64,000 bases of DNA, taken from positions 45,416,051 through 45,480,050 of the forward strand of contig JAHRHZ010000021.1 of assembly GCA_024137785.1 (NCBI GenBank), in the 5' to 3' direction. The notes beneath the pieces are model-generated. The model made no database searches, was not told the origin of the DNA, and worked only from the letters and a program-made list of their open reading frames with translations. A program made the position numbers and the translations under genes. The DNA comes from Ginglymostoma cirratum (Eukaryota). This document shows, one piece after another, positions 1-13,300 of this stretch. How positions within the stretch are numbered: position 1 is the stretch's first letter; each line of letters begins with the position of its first letter.

Positions 1-340
1 AAATCATTATTTCACTCGAAGGGTAATAGAACTCTGAAATTCTATCCCCAAAACATCATGGCTTCAGGGTCAATTGGACCTGTCAAAACTGAAATAGACA
101 GTTCAGTAACGGTATCAAGGGATATGGAGCAAAGAGCAGTAAATAGAATTGAGATGGAAACCAGCCACAACTTAATGGAATGGCAGAGATAACAAGGCGT
201 GGGGCTGGATGAACACAGCAGGCCAAGCAGCATCATAGGAGCAGGAAAGCTTGACATTTCGGGCCTAGACCCTTCATCAGAAATTAATGGAATGGCAGGC
301 TGACTTGAGGAACTAATTGGCCTACTCCTGTTCTAGTTCT
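1..340 (+). mobile_element. CR1 LINE 3' end
   Basis: ttttcactcgaagggtaatagaactctgaaattct...atcaagggatatggagc...ggcctactcctgttct. Similar CR1 tails at ~5690-5930 (-), ~28680-29070 (+), ~54255-54500 (+) and ~61900-62130 (-). Confidence 0.7.
187..283 (-). mobile_element. 97-bp Penelope-terminus-derived insertion with a minimal hammerhead ribozyme core
   Basis: Minus strand starts tttCTGATGAaGGGtctaggCCCGAAAtgtc. Flanked by an exact 15-bp direct repeat TTAATGGAATGGCAG (172-186, 284-298). It interrupts a CR1 3' tail. Confidence 0.75.
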
Positions 341-2678
341 CCTCTCCCTTTCAATTAAGAGTTTATTAACACAAAGAATCTTTTTGTCTTATATTTTTCA
401 CCACTGCAGAAGTTCAGCTAGTTTTATTTAACATCTCAAAGTCCAAAACAGGCACACACAACCCATTTCCATTTGATTCAATTCGCCTTTCAGGTATTTT
501 CCCCAACAAATGTGGATTTGATGCTTACTGATGCTTCCTGCCAATTTTGTTGTTATGTTTTGTTGATATCTAGTTTTCTTTTTGTGGAACAAGACACATG
601 TAGCTTTAGCCTTCCTTCCATCCATTCATGTGCGTATTTTGATCCTTTGCTGGATCTAATCCCATCAATCCATTTCCACTTTTTGGCTCTTTCTTTCTGA
701 CTTTCTTTTCTAATTATTGCTCTGACACTATCTTCAAGCATTATGCCTCCCTTCACTTCTCCAATCTCTATTCTCTAACCTCCCAATTCCCTATTTCAAC
801 CCTTCAATATTTCTTCACAAGCCAGCTCTCTTGCCATTATTCCAGGCTTGGCTCTCTGTTGGATAAACCTGTGGCTTTCCTTTGTGCCTTTCTTGGCATT
901 CTCCATGTTAGCAGCAATCCCAATGACTTCATCTCACTCTGTTATTGGCCGACTTATCCAATGCATTTGCTGGGGACTAACCACGTCAATCTACTTCCTG
1001 GCCAACTCACTCCTCCCAGAGCAGTGCTTCAACCGTCACCTCGCCTCTTGGCATCCCCATCCTGATGGACTGTTCACGTGTACACAAGCCCTCACCATCC
1101 ATGAAGGTACTGTGGATAATTGCATTACCACAGATTTAACAGAAACCAGGCTGAAGGGTGATAGCACTTTCCCTCTTAATGAAACCTCCACCCCAACTCC
1201 ATCTTCCATCACTTGCCCTGTCAAGATGGTGATGTGCTGCTCATCATCTGTCTCATCTTAGCCTGACCCCCTCCTCCTGTGACACTTGCTTTCCTTTCCA
1301 TTTCAGCTTGTTCCACCCCTCTCACTACTAAGAAATTACTTGCTTTTGAATTGAGAAATTGAATAGGAAGCTTTTAACAATCCTTAACAGCAACTGGAAG
1401 CATTATACTTAATGAATGATCATGTTTGGTGAGGTGGCTTCTGTTAAATGTTTCAATGGATGTTACAGTCTACTCATTTCTGGATAATAAAATTGCACAC
1501 AGCAGCCTTCATACAAACATTTCTGTTGCAGGCTTTAATGAAATATGTGTGGATGATGCAGCAGCGCAGTGAGCACCAAAAAAAAAATCACAAGTGAGTT
1601 ATTACATTTACAACACATACTTAATAAAAAAAAACAGACTAACACTTTCGTGTGTGGGATCCTGTCAAAAGAGGTGATTATTGCAGGGTTGTTAAAATGA
1701 ATATTCTTTAATGGCAGAGACTGAAAGAAAGCTATAAGACAAGGGTGATGAGAGGAGAATGTTGAGAAAAATGGGTAGATTGTAACATCCAATGGAGAAT
1801 TTAGCATAAGTTATCTTGTCAAACCTGATTACTCATGCATACAACGCTATCAGTGGTTATTGAAGATTGTTAAGAGCTTTCAATTCAATCTCTACATTCA
1901 AAAGCAAGTACTTTCTATGTAACTCAAAGATTTAAACAATCCACAAAAATCACTTTCCATTTATTTGCATCTTGCACAACCTCAGGATGTCTCAAAAATG
2001 CTTCGCCGTCAATTAAAACTGTGAGTATGGTCATAGTTGTAATGTAAGAAACACGGCTGCTGAATTTGCATAAGTAAGCTGCCAAAACAATGTTGAGATC
2101 ATCAGCAGGTAATCTGTTTTGGTGAAGTTGCTTGAGAAATAAATAATTGGTCTGAACAAACATTGCTATAACAATATTTTCTGCATTAGGACAACATCAC
2201 AAAGTGAACAGTTTCACTCCAAATTCATTTTCTGGAATACTCCTCTTTCCCTTGCATGCTTCAGAATCAATTGCAGAAAGTTACAGCCAGCTAACTGATT
2301 AATCAGCAAAACATGACTTCAGCTATTCGCAAGTGGAGCTCTGCTACAGCTTACCTACTCACTCACGAACCTCACCATCAGTTGTTCATTCCTCTCCACA
2401 TCGGTTTAACTTCAGTGCAGCAAAATATCCCAAGGAGCATTATCAATAAGGAGCATTATCAATAAGAATGTTGACAATGAGCCACAAAAGAAGGCAGAAG
2501 ACCTGAGGGTTTCTTAAAGATATGTGTTTTAAGGAGCATCTCAAAAGAGGAAAGCAAGAGACATAGAGATGGAAGGGTGAAAGGAAATCCAGAGTATGGG
2601 GCCAAGGTAGCTGAGTGGGTGATGCAATCAAAATTGAGGACGCACAAGATTTGGGAACTGGAGAAGCATACAGTTCTT

Positions 2679-3301
2679 GAGAGAGATAAAAGGTACTGCA
2701 GATGCTGGAGAATCCGAGATAACAAGCATGGGGCTGGATGAACACAGCAGGTCAAGCAGCATCATAGGAGCAGGAAAACTTGACGTTTCGGGCCTAAACC
2801 GAAGGGTTTAGGCCCGAANNNNNNNNNNNNNNNNNNNNNNNNNNNNNNNNNNNNNNNNNNNNNNNNNNNNNNNNNNNNNNNNNNNNNNNNNNNNNNNNNN
2901 NNNNNNNNNNNNNNNNNNNNNNNNNNNNNNNNNNNNNNNNNNNNNNNNNNNNNNNNNNNNNNNNNNNNNNNNNNNNNNNNNNNNNNNNNNNNNNNNNNNN
3001 NNNNNNNNNNNNNNNNNNNNNNNNNNNNNNNNNNNNNNNNNNNNNNNNNNNNNNNNNNNNNNNNNNNNNNNNNNNNNNNNNNNNNNNNNNNNNNNNNNNN
3101 NNNNNNNNNNNNNNNNNNNNNNNNNNNNNNNNNNNNNNNNNNNNNNNNNNNNNNNNNNNNNNNNNNNNNNNNNNNNNNNNNNNNNNNNNNNNNNNNNNNN
3201 NNNNNNNNNNNNNNNNNNGGTTTAGGCCCGAAACGTCAAGTTTTCCTGCTCCTATGATGCTGCTTGACCTGCTGTGTTCATCCAGCCCCATGCTTGTTAT
3301 C
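2679..3301. mobile_element. Fold-back (inverted) Penelope-terminus element spanning the assembly gap
   Basis: 2718-2800 is the exact reverse complement of 3219-3301. 15-bp TSD AAGCATACAGTTCTT at 2664-2678 and 3302-3316. Confidence 0.75.
2819..3218. other. Assembly gap (400 N)
   Basis: Run of N. Confidence 1.
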
Positions 3302-5940
3302 AAGCATACAGTTCTTACCTCCTTACCATGAGCTAGCGGAGACTACTAAGTTAAGAAGGGGCAATGCCATGCAGGGTTTTGAAAATTGATTTTAAAACTG
3401 AGATCAAACGAGGAATCAATTTAGATGACCAACCACAAGGGTGACAAGTGAACAGAACTTGGTGCAAGTTAAGATATAGTGATCACAGGTTTAAAATGAT
3501 CACAAATTTATCAAGGGTAGAAGGGGCAGCAGGAGATGAGCTGAGCCAGAGTCAAGATCAGAGGATGGTACAGAGGTGAAACTAGGTTGTCAGGGTGATG
3601 GAACAGATTTATAGTCTGAAGCTCATCTCAGGGGCAAACAAGATTGCAAATTTCAGAAAGAGCCAGGGAACTAAATGGGAGCAGTGGTCAAGGGGAGGGA
3701 GGTGTTGGAGAGCTTGCTGTATGCCAGTTAATAACAGTGATCAGATTTCAGAAAGGAATTTATGTTAAGTGCTTTGAAGCATCGCTTAGAGACATGATAA
3801 AATGTTACATAAATGCAACCATTTAATCTCAGCATATTGCTTCAATTATAGTGTGCTTGAATAAACAAAATGGACTCAATACAATTCATCAATTAGATAA
3901 TTCACATGAATGATAGACACATAAATGAGCACGTTGCTCTTTATGTGACACTACCCCATCTTTAACTCTTTGTTTAAAAGAATTTATGATGACAGGGTAT
4001 ATGCATGTGTTAATTGCAATAAATTTGGGAAATCAAAGTGATGCAGTCAATTTACGTCCCATTCAAGAATTGTCAATTTACCTGAAAAGCTTCAATCAAA
4101 ATCTAATTCAAAACACTATTGGAAAAATCAGTACTAGCACAGACAGTAACAGAAAATCTATCGTGCATCACTTCATACACTGTGTTATAGCTCGTAATAG
4201 TTATTTCCAAAAAAATAGACATGATCCTTGTCTCCTCTCTAGTTCTTTTTTTATCTAAAGTGGTGTCCTCTGGTTAGTGACCCTCCTGATATTGGAAACG
4301 GTTTCTCCCAAACTAATCTATCAATGTTCTATTCCTCAAACTTTTGAGAATATCCATCAAATCTCATTGTTGAAAGCCTGTTCCTTCCTTGAGTGTCCAG
4401 CACTGTAAAGAATGGACGCTTATTTGTTCGAAACAAATGGTGCACCGGGAATAACCACATCATTTATTCTGAATTGAGAATTAACTTCCGTGTAGTAGCA
4501 TGTTATTTCTACTGATGTTCCACAACAACAGTATAAACTGGACTTGCCTGCTACAATCTGTATTTATTTGTTTCATGGGGCTGGAAGTAATGTAATTTGC
4601 CATGAGTGAGCGGGGAGCAGTGGATGAAAGTATAAGCTGTGGACCCTAGCTCACTACTGAAATGAACGGAGAGTCTCTTCACTAGTATCTGGGAATTGAA
4701 TGTGACCTAAAATTTCTGAAGCCAAAACACCTTTCAGCTGTGCTGTCATTCATTCTGGATTGGATGACATTTTCATGTTGGGTCCATTCATTACAGAGCT
4801 GGAGGTTTTCATTATACAAAGGATTCTGTGCATTTTGTGGGTCACATAAATATTTAACGGTTTTCGATAAAACACTTCTTAATTGAATAAAGCATTTTTT
4901 CTTTATTAATAATCTCTTTCTGTTCTCACTTTTCTTGGATCCATTTGGCAATTCATTCTTAGTATATGGGATTTGTTAACAAAGGCAGTATTTGTTTCTC
5001 ATCCTAGTGTCCTTGAGAAGGAGGTTTTGTGTCATCTTAGTGAGCCACTGTTGCCAGTCAGTGAAGGTGCCCGCACAGCGTGTTTGGGCAAAGAGATGCA
5101 GGACCTTGACCCAATGGGCCATGGACAATCATTTGCCTGGGTCAGACAGAAGTGCTCACAGTGCCCTTTAAATGGCCAATTGACAGCTCCATATAACTTA
5201 ATATTTCAGTCACCTAAACGTTTGGGTGGTTTTGTTATCAAATGGTTCACCTCTTCACTTTCAGAAGGAAAACACCACTTACTAGAGTGAAATAGGCCCT
5301 TCATCTTGTGATTATTCTTGACTTGGGGGTATGTGCAGAAAAGTACAGCAGCACAAAAATCCACTCGAAAATGCATTCAGTGTCATGAGCTACAGCCATT
5401 TAGATTTTCTAACAGCTTGTACATTCTCTAGGCTAGAAGAACACATTAATAACTTGACACCTTTCAATTCACAGAACAGTCACACTTCTGTCTCCTCAGA
5501 ATGCAGGTGTAACATGCGAAAGGAAGCATCCCACTCTCATTCTGATGTGACTGAGTAATAGTTCCATATCATTGGGAAACTATTGAATTGAGAAGCATCT
5601 CTCCCCTAATCTGCTTCTACCCTGCTTCCTTAAGCCCCTCAGCGACATCTACAATGTAGTGTACCTACAGTATAAACATATGTATACAGAGCAAAAATAG
5701 ACCATTCAAATCCTCATGCCTGTTCCACGATTTAATAAGATTGTCACTGATTGATTGTGGCCTCTACATTTCCACCTATCCCTGATACTCTTTGACACTC
5801 ATGTTAGTCAAGAAACAATATAACTCTATTTTTAAAATATTGAATGATTCTGCCTCCACTATTCTCTGAGGAAGAGTGCTACAAAGATTCACAATTTTGA
5901 GGATTAAAAATTCTCCTCACCTCTATCATAATTCAAAGAA

Positions 5941-6055
5941 CAGGTTAAGTGGATTGGCATGGGTAATGCAGGATTATAGGGATGGGTCTGGATGGGATGC
6001 TGTTTGGAGGGTCATGATGGGCTGAATGGCCTGCTTCTACACTGTAGGGATTCTA
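5941..6055 (+). mobile_element. 5'-truncated HE1-type SINE
   Basis: caggttaagtggattggcatggg...ggctgaatggcctgcttctacactgtagggattctat. Confidence 0.7.
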
Positions 6056-6608
6056 TTGTAAATCACTGGATTCTTTTGCTCCTCATTTTCCCTCCTCCAG
6101 GAGAACAATTCAACGTCAATTCTACTTTGGCCTCTCCTGATCCTCAAACTGTTCTATATTTTTTCTCCTCCAACTCGACCCTGCCATTACGTTTCCTCTA
6201 ACCCTACTCTACAAGCTTCATTTGTCTGTCCTGTTTTACCTTCCCATATTTGACTTCTTCTAATGTTCAGCATCACTGCTAATTCACACTTAGCCCCATT
6301 CAATTTTTAAGGGGTGCAGTTTGCTCCTCACCCAATATTGCCCAATTTGACCACAATAGCAGCTCTTTTTTTGCTTTATGCTGCAAAAGAGACTGCACCT
6401 GTTTAACCACAAGACTTTGTCCTTATCATTTTCTCTTTACCTCTTCAATAATTTCCTAAATGATGGGTTTGCAATGAAAAACCTAAGTACTGCATCATAC
6501 TGCTTCTAATATCTTTCAATGCTTTGTTCACTGAGGCATTTTACAAAAACACTAAAGACTAGAAAAATTATTCTTTAGCTAAACTTACAATCTTTATATT
6601 CGAGATGC

Positions 6609-6777
6609 AGGGATGGATCTTGACTTTTATGCAATAGGGTAAAATGAGCAAGTCAGCATCCTATTTTACTGCCATCCCCGAAGAAGTCAGTAAAAATAAA
6701 ATTGGGAGCGATGTAAACAGGCTGTTATTTTATTATCACCCATTTCATACTGTCCCACTAAGTCAAAATTACCCCCC
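6609..6777. mobile_element. Small MITE-like element with imperfect terminal inverted repeats
   Basis: ggatggatcttgactt ... aagtcaaaattacccc. A comparable imperfect hairpin lies at ~9813-9930. Confidence 0.4.
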
Positions 6778-7919
6778 TATATCTCCAATCGTTCGTGTGA
6801 TTAGTATGAACAAAAAATAAACCAGATTAGGAATCACTCTCATTTTTGTTTGAAACTGTTTTGGCTGAATAGAGGAGGGGAGCTCGGAAAAAATATAAGT
6901 GATCAATCAATTTTCATTACTTGTCTCCAGTGTAGCTGACATTTGAACAGCTTCCTCTCCTCAGAGCTTTCTTACAATCCATTCTCCACTAGACTTTCCA
7001 TTTATCTGACGCTGGCTTGTTGGACATCCTCCATCTCTTTATGGGAAATAGGGCTTCAGCTGTGTAGACCCTACAATTTGGAATTTCTTCCTTAAACCTC
7101 CCATCTTCCCACCTGCACCTTCTTGAAGTGCCCTTTTAAATCCCATCTGTTTGATCCACTGTTAGTCACCTTTCTAAATAGTTGCTTAGGCTTGTCATTC
7201 ATGTTTTTCATATTGTTCCCTGGCATTTCTTTTTCTGTTAAAAGTGCAATTTATACACTAATTATCATTACTAATTTCTTGGGTACTGAAAGTAGAATGT
7301 AGGTCAATGGTACAATAATATCTAGTGCAATCTTACTGAATAGAAGATGTCAACTTGCATCTGGTGATTGAGAAATTCTGAGCAAGCAGAGGCATTCTTA
7401 TTTACAAAGTAAGAGACATGGGCCTTTGGAAAGAGAATAAACTTGTCAAAAAGCTGAAAGGTACACAGAACAAAAAGGTGCCAGAGATGACAATGCATTA
7501 AAAAGGAACTGAGAGGCATGAGTGTAAGACACACACCAAAGAAAAACTGAGGTATAATCGATGTCAAGGAATATATTTAGATATAAAGTGCCATTGTCTT
7601 TGGCAATGATGAATAATCAGAATACATCAGACATCAGATGGTGTTGCTGCATGTGAAATACAAAGTAAATGGATAGACAGAAGAAATGAAAGACACCACT
7701 GGACAGATGGATTAGCAATGAAGGAGAAAGGGACAGAGAAGGAGAGAGAAGATCTGCAATAAAATTAATATAGGACAGCTTCTTGTCCATTCGTGGAGGT
7801 TTGTGTACAAGTAGTAGAAATCTGAAGGAAACAGAGGAGAGATAACAGCTCTGACAAATGGGAGAGAAAAGAGCTTTCATTTTTTCTAAAGACAAAAGAT
7901 GCAAAAAAAGGACAGCAAT

Positions 7920-9400
7920 TGGGCTGAATTTTCATTTGTAGAGTCAGAACTCCCTGACGTCAGGTGAATGTGACTTTTAACCAGAAAACTAATTCAAAGT
8001 CAGTGTGTGCACTCAATGTTCAAACAGTCAAATACGGAGGCGTAGACTGGGTGCGAGAGCTGTGGGCAGGAGTGATTTAAAACCAGTAGAGTAGTGAGTT
8101 TAGAGGGAATTGGAAACAGGAGAGTAGGGACAGGCCAGAACAACAGGCACCAGAGTGACCCTGAGATTTAACAATGCCCTCCTTGATGTCCTTTTGGGGG
8201 TAGTGACATTCTATTTTAGAGAGTGTCAGGAGAAGGCCAGTTGGGTAGACCAAGCAGGCCTGTCCAAAGGTGGTAGAGGAAGTGAGCGATTGAAGCTTGG
8301 TGAGGAAGATATTGATACAGAGCAGCTTCCTCAAAGTGGAAAGGCATGTGTAATGGCTGTTACAGCTCTGCAGAAGCAGCCACCATGGGGAACAATTTGG
8401 TTTAACAACATTAAGTGATCCAAGTGGATAGAGAAACCAAGGCAGACCGGGGGAAATACCATTAATATCATTTCCAGAGGAAGAAGAAATGATCAAATCT
8501 GCACTGCCGAATGCACCCTTCACCCCAGCTTCTAACTCATCACGGTAGAACTGCAAACAATCTCAGAATGGGGGTGGCACAGAGTTATCAACACTTCACA
8601 GGTGAATAGCAGGTGATGAGGGAGGGTGGAGGCAGTCACCACTGGGAGAATGGAACACAGGCACAGCCATGCTCACTTGGGTGAAGACACACAGTCTTGG
8701 GAGTCATTTACAAGTCAGATATTCTGCGATCACAGATGTGTAACCACTTCAGAATTCCTTCATATGATGCAAAATAACAGCAGCAGATTGATGGAATCCT
8801 CTCAACATATGAGCAGTGTCACGTCTTAATGTTTCGAGAGCTTGAGCTCCTCTATTGAGAGAGTAGCCAACCTCATGGACAGCTAGACACAGCATCACTG
8901 AGTGTACTCAAGAGCAGCACACTGATATACACAACATGTATGCCATACTCAGTAGATTTGACAAGTCAGTGACACTAATGGTACAAGAAATCATGAAGAT
9001 ACCCCAGTGGGTTGCTGCCTTAAATGTCAAAGGATCCATCAAAGAATTGATGGTTTGGGAGATGATGTTGAGGGAAACACCCCTAACTCTGCCCTGAATC
9101 ACCATCTGCCTTCTTGGCCCCTCTGACTGCACAATAACCTGTGCAAGATGGTTCTTGACTGAGTCTGATCTTGAATAATACCAGTGGAGCAATTAGTGAA
9201 GAAGCACCCCCCTACTGGCTACCTCCATCTCATCCCCAACCAGAAGGAGACAACACCGTAAGTGTGGCCATGAGTGGAAGCCATCACATTGATAATATCA
9301 CAAGCATCCACCCCATCACACCCGCCCCACCTCTCAAATACATAAAAATAGCTTGGTGGCACCGCAAATGACAAAGTCATCATTTTGAGCAACTTGCCAC
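7920..9400 (+). mobile_element. Probable Harbinger-type DNA transposon fossil (Myb/SANT-like ORF remnant)
   Basis: Starts gggctgaattttc. The remnant RFNNALLDVLLGVV resembles the RFS.x.L.xLx..V start of Harbinger Myb/SANT proteins. A similar degenerate region lies at ~41000-42400. Confidence 0.35.
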
Positions 9401-12400
9401 TTCTCACCTTCAATTTCGAAATGACAGCATGTCAAACGTGTGTAGGGAAATAATCAAGGCTCTCAGCAACATACTCTTCCAAGACCACTTGCCCTCTTCC
9501 CTCCTATGCTGCCCTACAACTGCTATATCCATTCCTTTGAAAGAGAAAGCCACATTTGTGCTCGAGAAATGAAATTAAATTTATAGGGTTATCTCAAGGG
9601 TTGTTTCCAATAAGCAAATGTATGTGAATCATTGCTTTTCACAGTCATAAATGGTCTGCAGTCTTTCCGCAGAAGAATTTGTTTATTTCTTTGTGTAAAC
9701 TGAAAGGTCCCTTCTCTACATTATGAAGCAAATCCAACAATTAATTTTCACAAAAACTAATTACTTGTTCTGGCTCAGAGTATAATCATTCCAATTTAGT
9801 GAACCCTGCAGCCAATTCTTAGCCCTGTAGGAAGAACGGAAGCTCCTATTTCATGTGTAGCTCATTTAAAATTGACAAAGAAAGTGGTCCAGTTACTGCA
9901 ATGTTCTCCTGAAGGGGTTAGTCAAGATTGAATTGCATTTTGAAGATTATGCAACTAAATTAGGATCATTTTAATATTTCTGAATTACTAAGATTCTGCA
10001 GATTTCCAATGGGTAACATGCTGGAAGTGGTATGAAATTTCACTACTGACCATTATCCACTGATTTATTTTAGAAAGATCACTTGAATTGAGGTTGGATT
10101 TGACTAGTTCGGTGATATCCTCAAATCCTCAATTGATTGTCATGTCAGCACAAAGTGCCTGGACCCATACTTGAAGTATGATCATTTGTGGAAATACTGA
10201 AGAAATGTGAACTTGCCCACATTGCCTTAGGTGGAATAGGGGATAATTGGGACGGGGTGTGAGGACAAGCAAAAAAAGAACCGTTGAAAGGAATATTTGT
10301 TTTTCAATACTTGCAAAATTTAAATCTTAATATTTTATTTTATTTAAAATAAAATCTTATCTTAGTTATTATAAAATAAGACCTGCAAAGGAAAACATTG
10401 CAAATTTTAAAAGCTCACTGTCAGCAATACAGCATATTTTACACATAAAATTGTGCACAGCTCTTCCCACAACATGATGCTTGGATGTTTCGTATAGCAT
10501 GAGTACGGTAGCGTGCTAGTGTTGTGTTCCTGTATTAATAACCCAGCAAACATGAATTCACATACTATTAAGCTTTTTGAATTGAGCTTTCAAAGAATTT
10601 GGAAATCAAAATCCAACATCTATAAAAGTGACGATGAAGATGGTACTTGAGGAAAGGAAACTTGGCATCCAGACCCAGTCTGGACTGTGTTTAACCTGTT
10701 ACACTGCAATGTGGTTCCTCTGCAATGACCTAGCCACTCAATTTTGGTGTCACTGTCTCTGGCCCACTCAGGAAAGGTCACCTTTGCCAGCCATATCCAC
10801 ATCCCAAGACTCTTTCCCCTAAGACAATGTGGAAGTAGGATTCCCTCAAGTTCTTATGCAATATTTCTGACTATGAGAAAGTATGTTGGAGCTGATCAGG
10901 GTGATTCACCTGCTGAGCCTCCATCCCTTCTCTGTGTGTGAGAATAAACAATCTGTACTCACTACCTTCCTGTAATTGTCCAGCTAAGATCAGAAGCCCA
11001 AGTTTCCACTATACTTGGTACAAAGTTCAAATGATGCAAGACTGCCTCCTGCAGGTACTGTGCCATATCTTATAAACTTAATACATTCAGTCATAGGAGC
11101 AGCAGGCTGACATACATATAACATTACAGTTTTTCCATTCATGCACATTATGACAGCACAGTTTAAAAGCTCTTGTATAATTACACTGTGACTTTGGCCT
11201 GTGTAAGTGAACTATCGTGGCATATCAATATTGAAGTAATAATTATTGTAAAACCTACTCTGCATCAAAAAAGTACCTTTTAATAGCCCTTTTGAAGCAT
11301 AAAAGCCTATCTTGATCCGTGTAAAACAGGGAATATTTCTTCAAGGCATCTATCGTTGAGCATGTAGTATTTCAATCAATATAACATCACTCACTTAGAC
11401 AACAGATCAATGATCATATCTTCCACCTTTGCAATTGCTACCCAATTAATGTTCGCTTAGAAAGGTCAGGTCGCTGGACTGTTTATTCACTGGAGAGCAC
11501 CCTGAATAAACGAAATGGTTAGGTGTTGTTGGCCTGTCCGAAGACGTCCCATTGTCACCAACCGGCCGCGTTGTTTCTCGCGACTTTATAAATGACATTG
11601 TCACAATCTCGGATACAGTCTGAATCAATCTAGTATCCACGCGTCTGGCCTTTCACAGAACTGTGTATTGCAGACGTGCAGCCTTTTCAGAGCTCAACCT
11701 ACATCTTTTCCTCAGCACTAGTATTCACAGACCTCGGCTCTTAAGAATCAGACTGATGAACAGATTGCATTTTGTCAGAGTTAATGGTGAAGGTGTTGTA
11801 AGACATGTTGTCGGCTGCTAGCTCCCGCATACAAATGCGATCCTCAAAATTCAGGCTCCATAATTCAGTGCCAGTAAGACGCTCACTAACAATGAACTCC
11901 AATTAACCCATTCAGCCACACTATAAGTCCGTGCTTTTCATCATGTACCGTGTTCGCTCTTGCCTTCATTAGATCCGTCCATGCCTCCATTCCCATTTTA
12001 AGTCTGTTTGTGACCAGACTGTCAGGAGGTAAGATTATCTGGATAGTACAAATGGCACAGATTGACACCTACACTGATGCTCTGATTTCCACCGACCCAA
12101 TAATTCGTCAGCTGTCCCGCTCAAACAGATGCTTCCGGTTCTTTCTTTTTACCCTTAAATTTTTCCCCAGCTAGGCAGACTCAACAACTGCTATTATAAA
12201 CCTAAAAGGTGAAATGCCTTTTTTTTTCATTTACCGAGGGCTGCATCTTGTAAACATCGGAGCATGGCCTGGTTGAAAGGGCAGGAAGGTGGTGGGCATT
12301 GGCTCAACTTTTCCAATGGGATGAGGTTTGTTGCCCTGCGCGGTTCGCCTTGAGAGTCTAGCCTTAGGAAGCCCGACCGCAAGCCCCAACACTGGGTTTG

Positions 12401-12426
12401 AGATCGGGACAGTCTCGACCTCACAC

Positions 12427-13075
12427 GTTGGGAGTTGGAACAATTTATCTGATAGACCGGCAGAGCTGATAGCGGGTGGCTGTTGAACTTGGGGCTGTAG
12501 CACGAGGTCCTCGGGGTAAAAGCTGCATTGCAGGGCCTTGAAGATTTTGCTCAGCATTTGTAGATGATAGCTTGGGGGGTGTGGGTGAGGGACAGTCTGA
12601 TGGTGAACGAGCTGGAGGGAGGGGATGGGGATGGGGACGGGGGAGACGTTGTTTTATCTTTCCGGTTGAATATAAACAGAAGCGCAAGGAGTGGGAGGGG
12701 ACCAAGGGGAGTCCGGTTACAAGTCTACACCCGAGGCACAAGTTGGTCATTGCTGGGACATTCAGACCCGAAGGGACCTGTTAACAGCAGCAACATGTTC
12801 CAGAGAAGCCAGTGACAGTGTCTGACACCAACTCGATACGAGCAATCATTGCTTCTATTCATTGCAATGTAGCGACCTGAACATTTCAGTGGTGCAGAAA
12901 GGCTGATTTTAATATAGACGAAATCCTGTTCACCATGAAGTGTGCTACAGCAATGCAGCTCTTACCCCGAGGATGTACAGCGTGAGCTCGTACGCCAGTG
13001 CTACATCCCCAGGTTCCACAGCCATCCCCCTACCATCTCTGCCCCTCTATCAGATAAATTGTTCCAACTCCCAAC
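12427..13075. repeat. Inverted repeat pair (~105 and 126 bp arms, 418-bp spacer)
   Basis: 12427-12531 is reverse-complementary to 12950-13075; the outer 30 bp are identical (gttgggagttggaacaatttatctgataga). Confidence 0.85.
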
Positions 13076-13254
13076 ACCTTCCCGTGCTTCTCAGCTCGTT
13101 CAGCCTTTAAACGAGTTTCCCCCCACCCCCTTCGCTCTTACACCAACTCTCCCAGAACTTGGGTCCGTGTGGATTTGTTTCTGGAGAAAACGCCATCATG
13201 AACCAACGAGAGATTCCTGGAACTTGCCTCTCGCCCCTAGTTCTCCCACGCACG

Positions 13255-13300
13255 CCCCCCACCCCACCCCTCCCCCCCCCCCCACACCCCCCCCCCCCCC
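13255..13300. repeat. Poly-C/poly-G tract (G-quadruplex-capable on the minus strand)
   Basis: ccccccaccccacccctccccccccccccacaccccccccccccccc. Confidence 0.85.

Noticed and set aside
848-1261. 137-aa ORF
   Set aside because: TTG start, no recognisable domain or splice support; probably decayed repeat or chance.
2434-2466. Short tandem duplication ggagcattatcaataa x2
   Set aside because: Simple local duplication inside an L2 remnant; not a spacer array.
2794-3303. 169-aa ORF across the gap
   Set aside because: Consists almost entirely of N-derived X residues.
1-11400. Further GRM8 coding exons
   Set aside because: No mGluR-like translation (the next exon should begin IPQISYAS) was seen; the intron evidently extends beyond the window.
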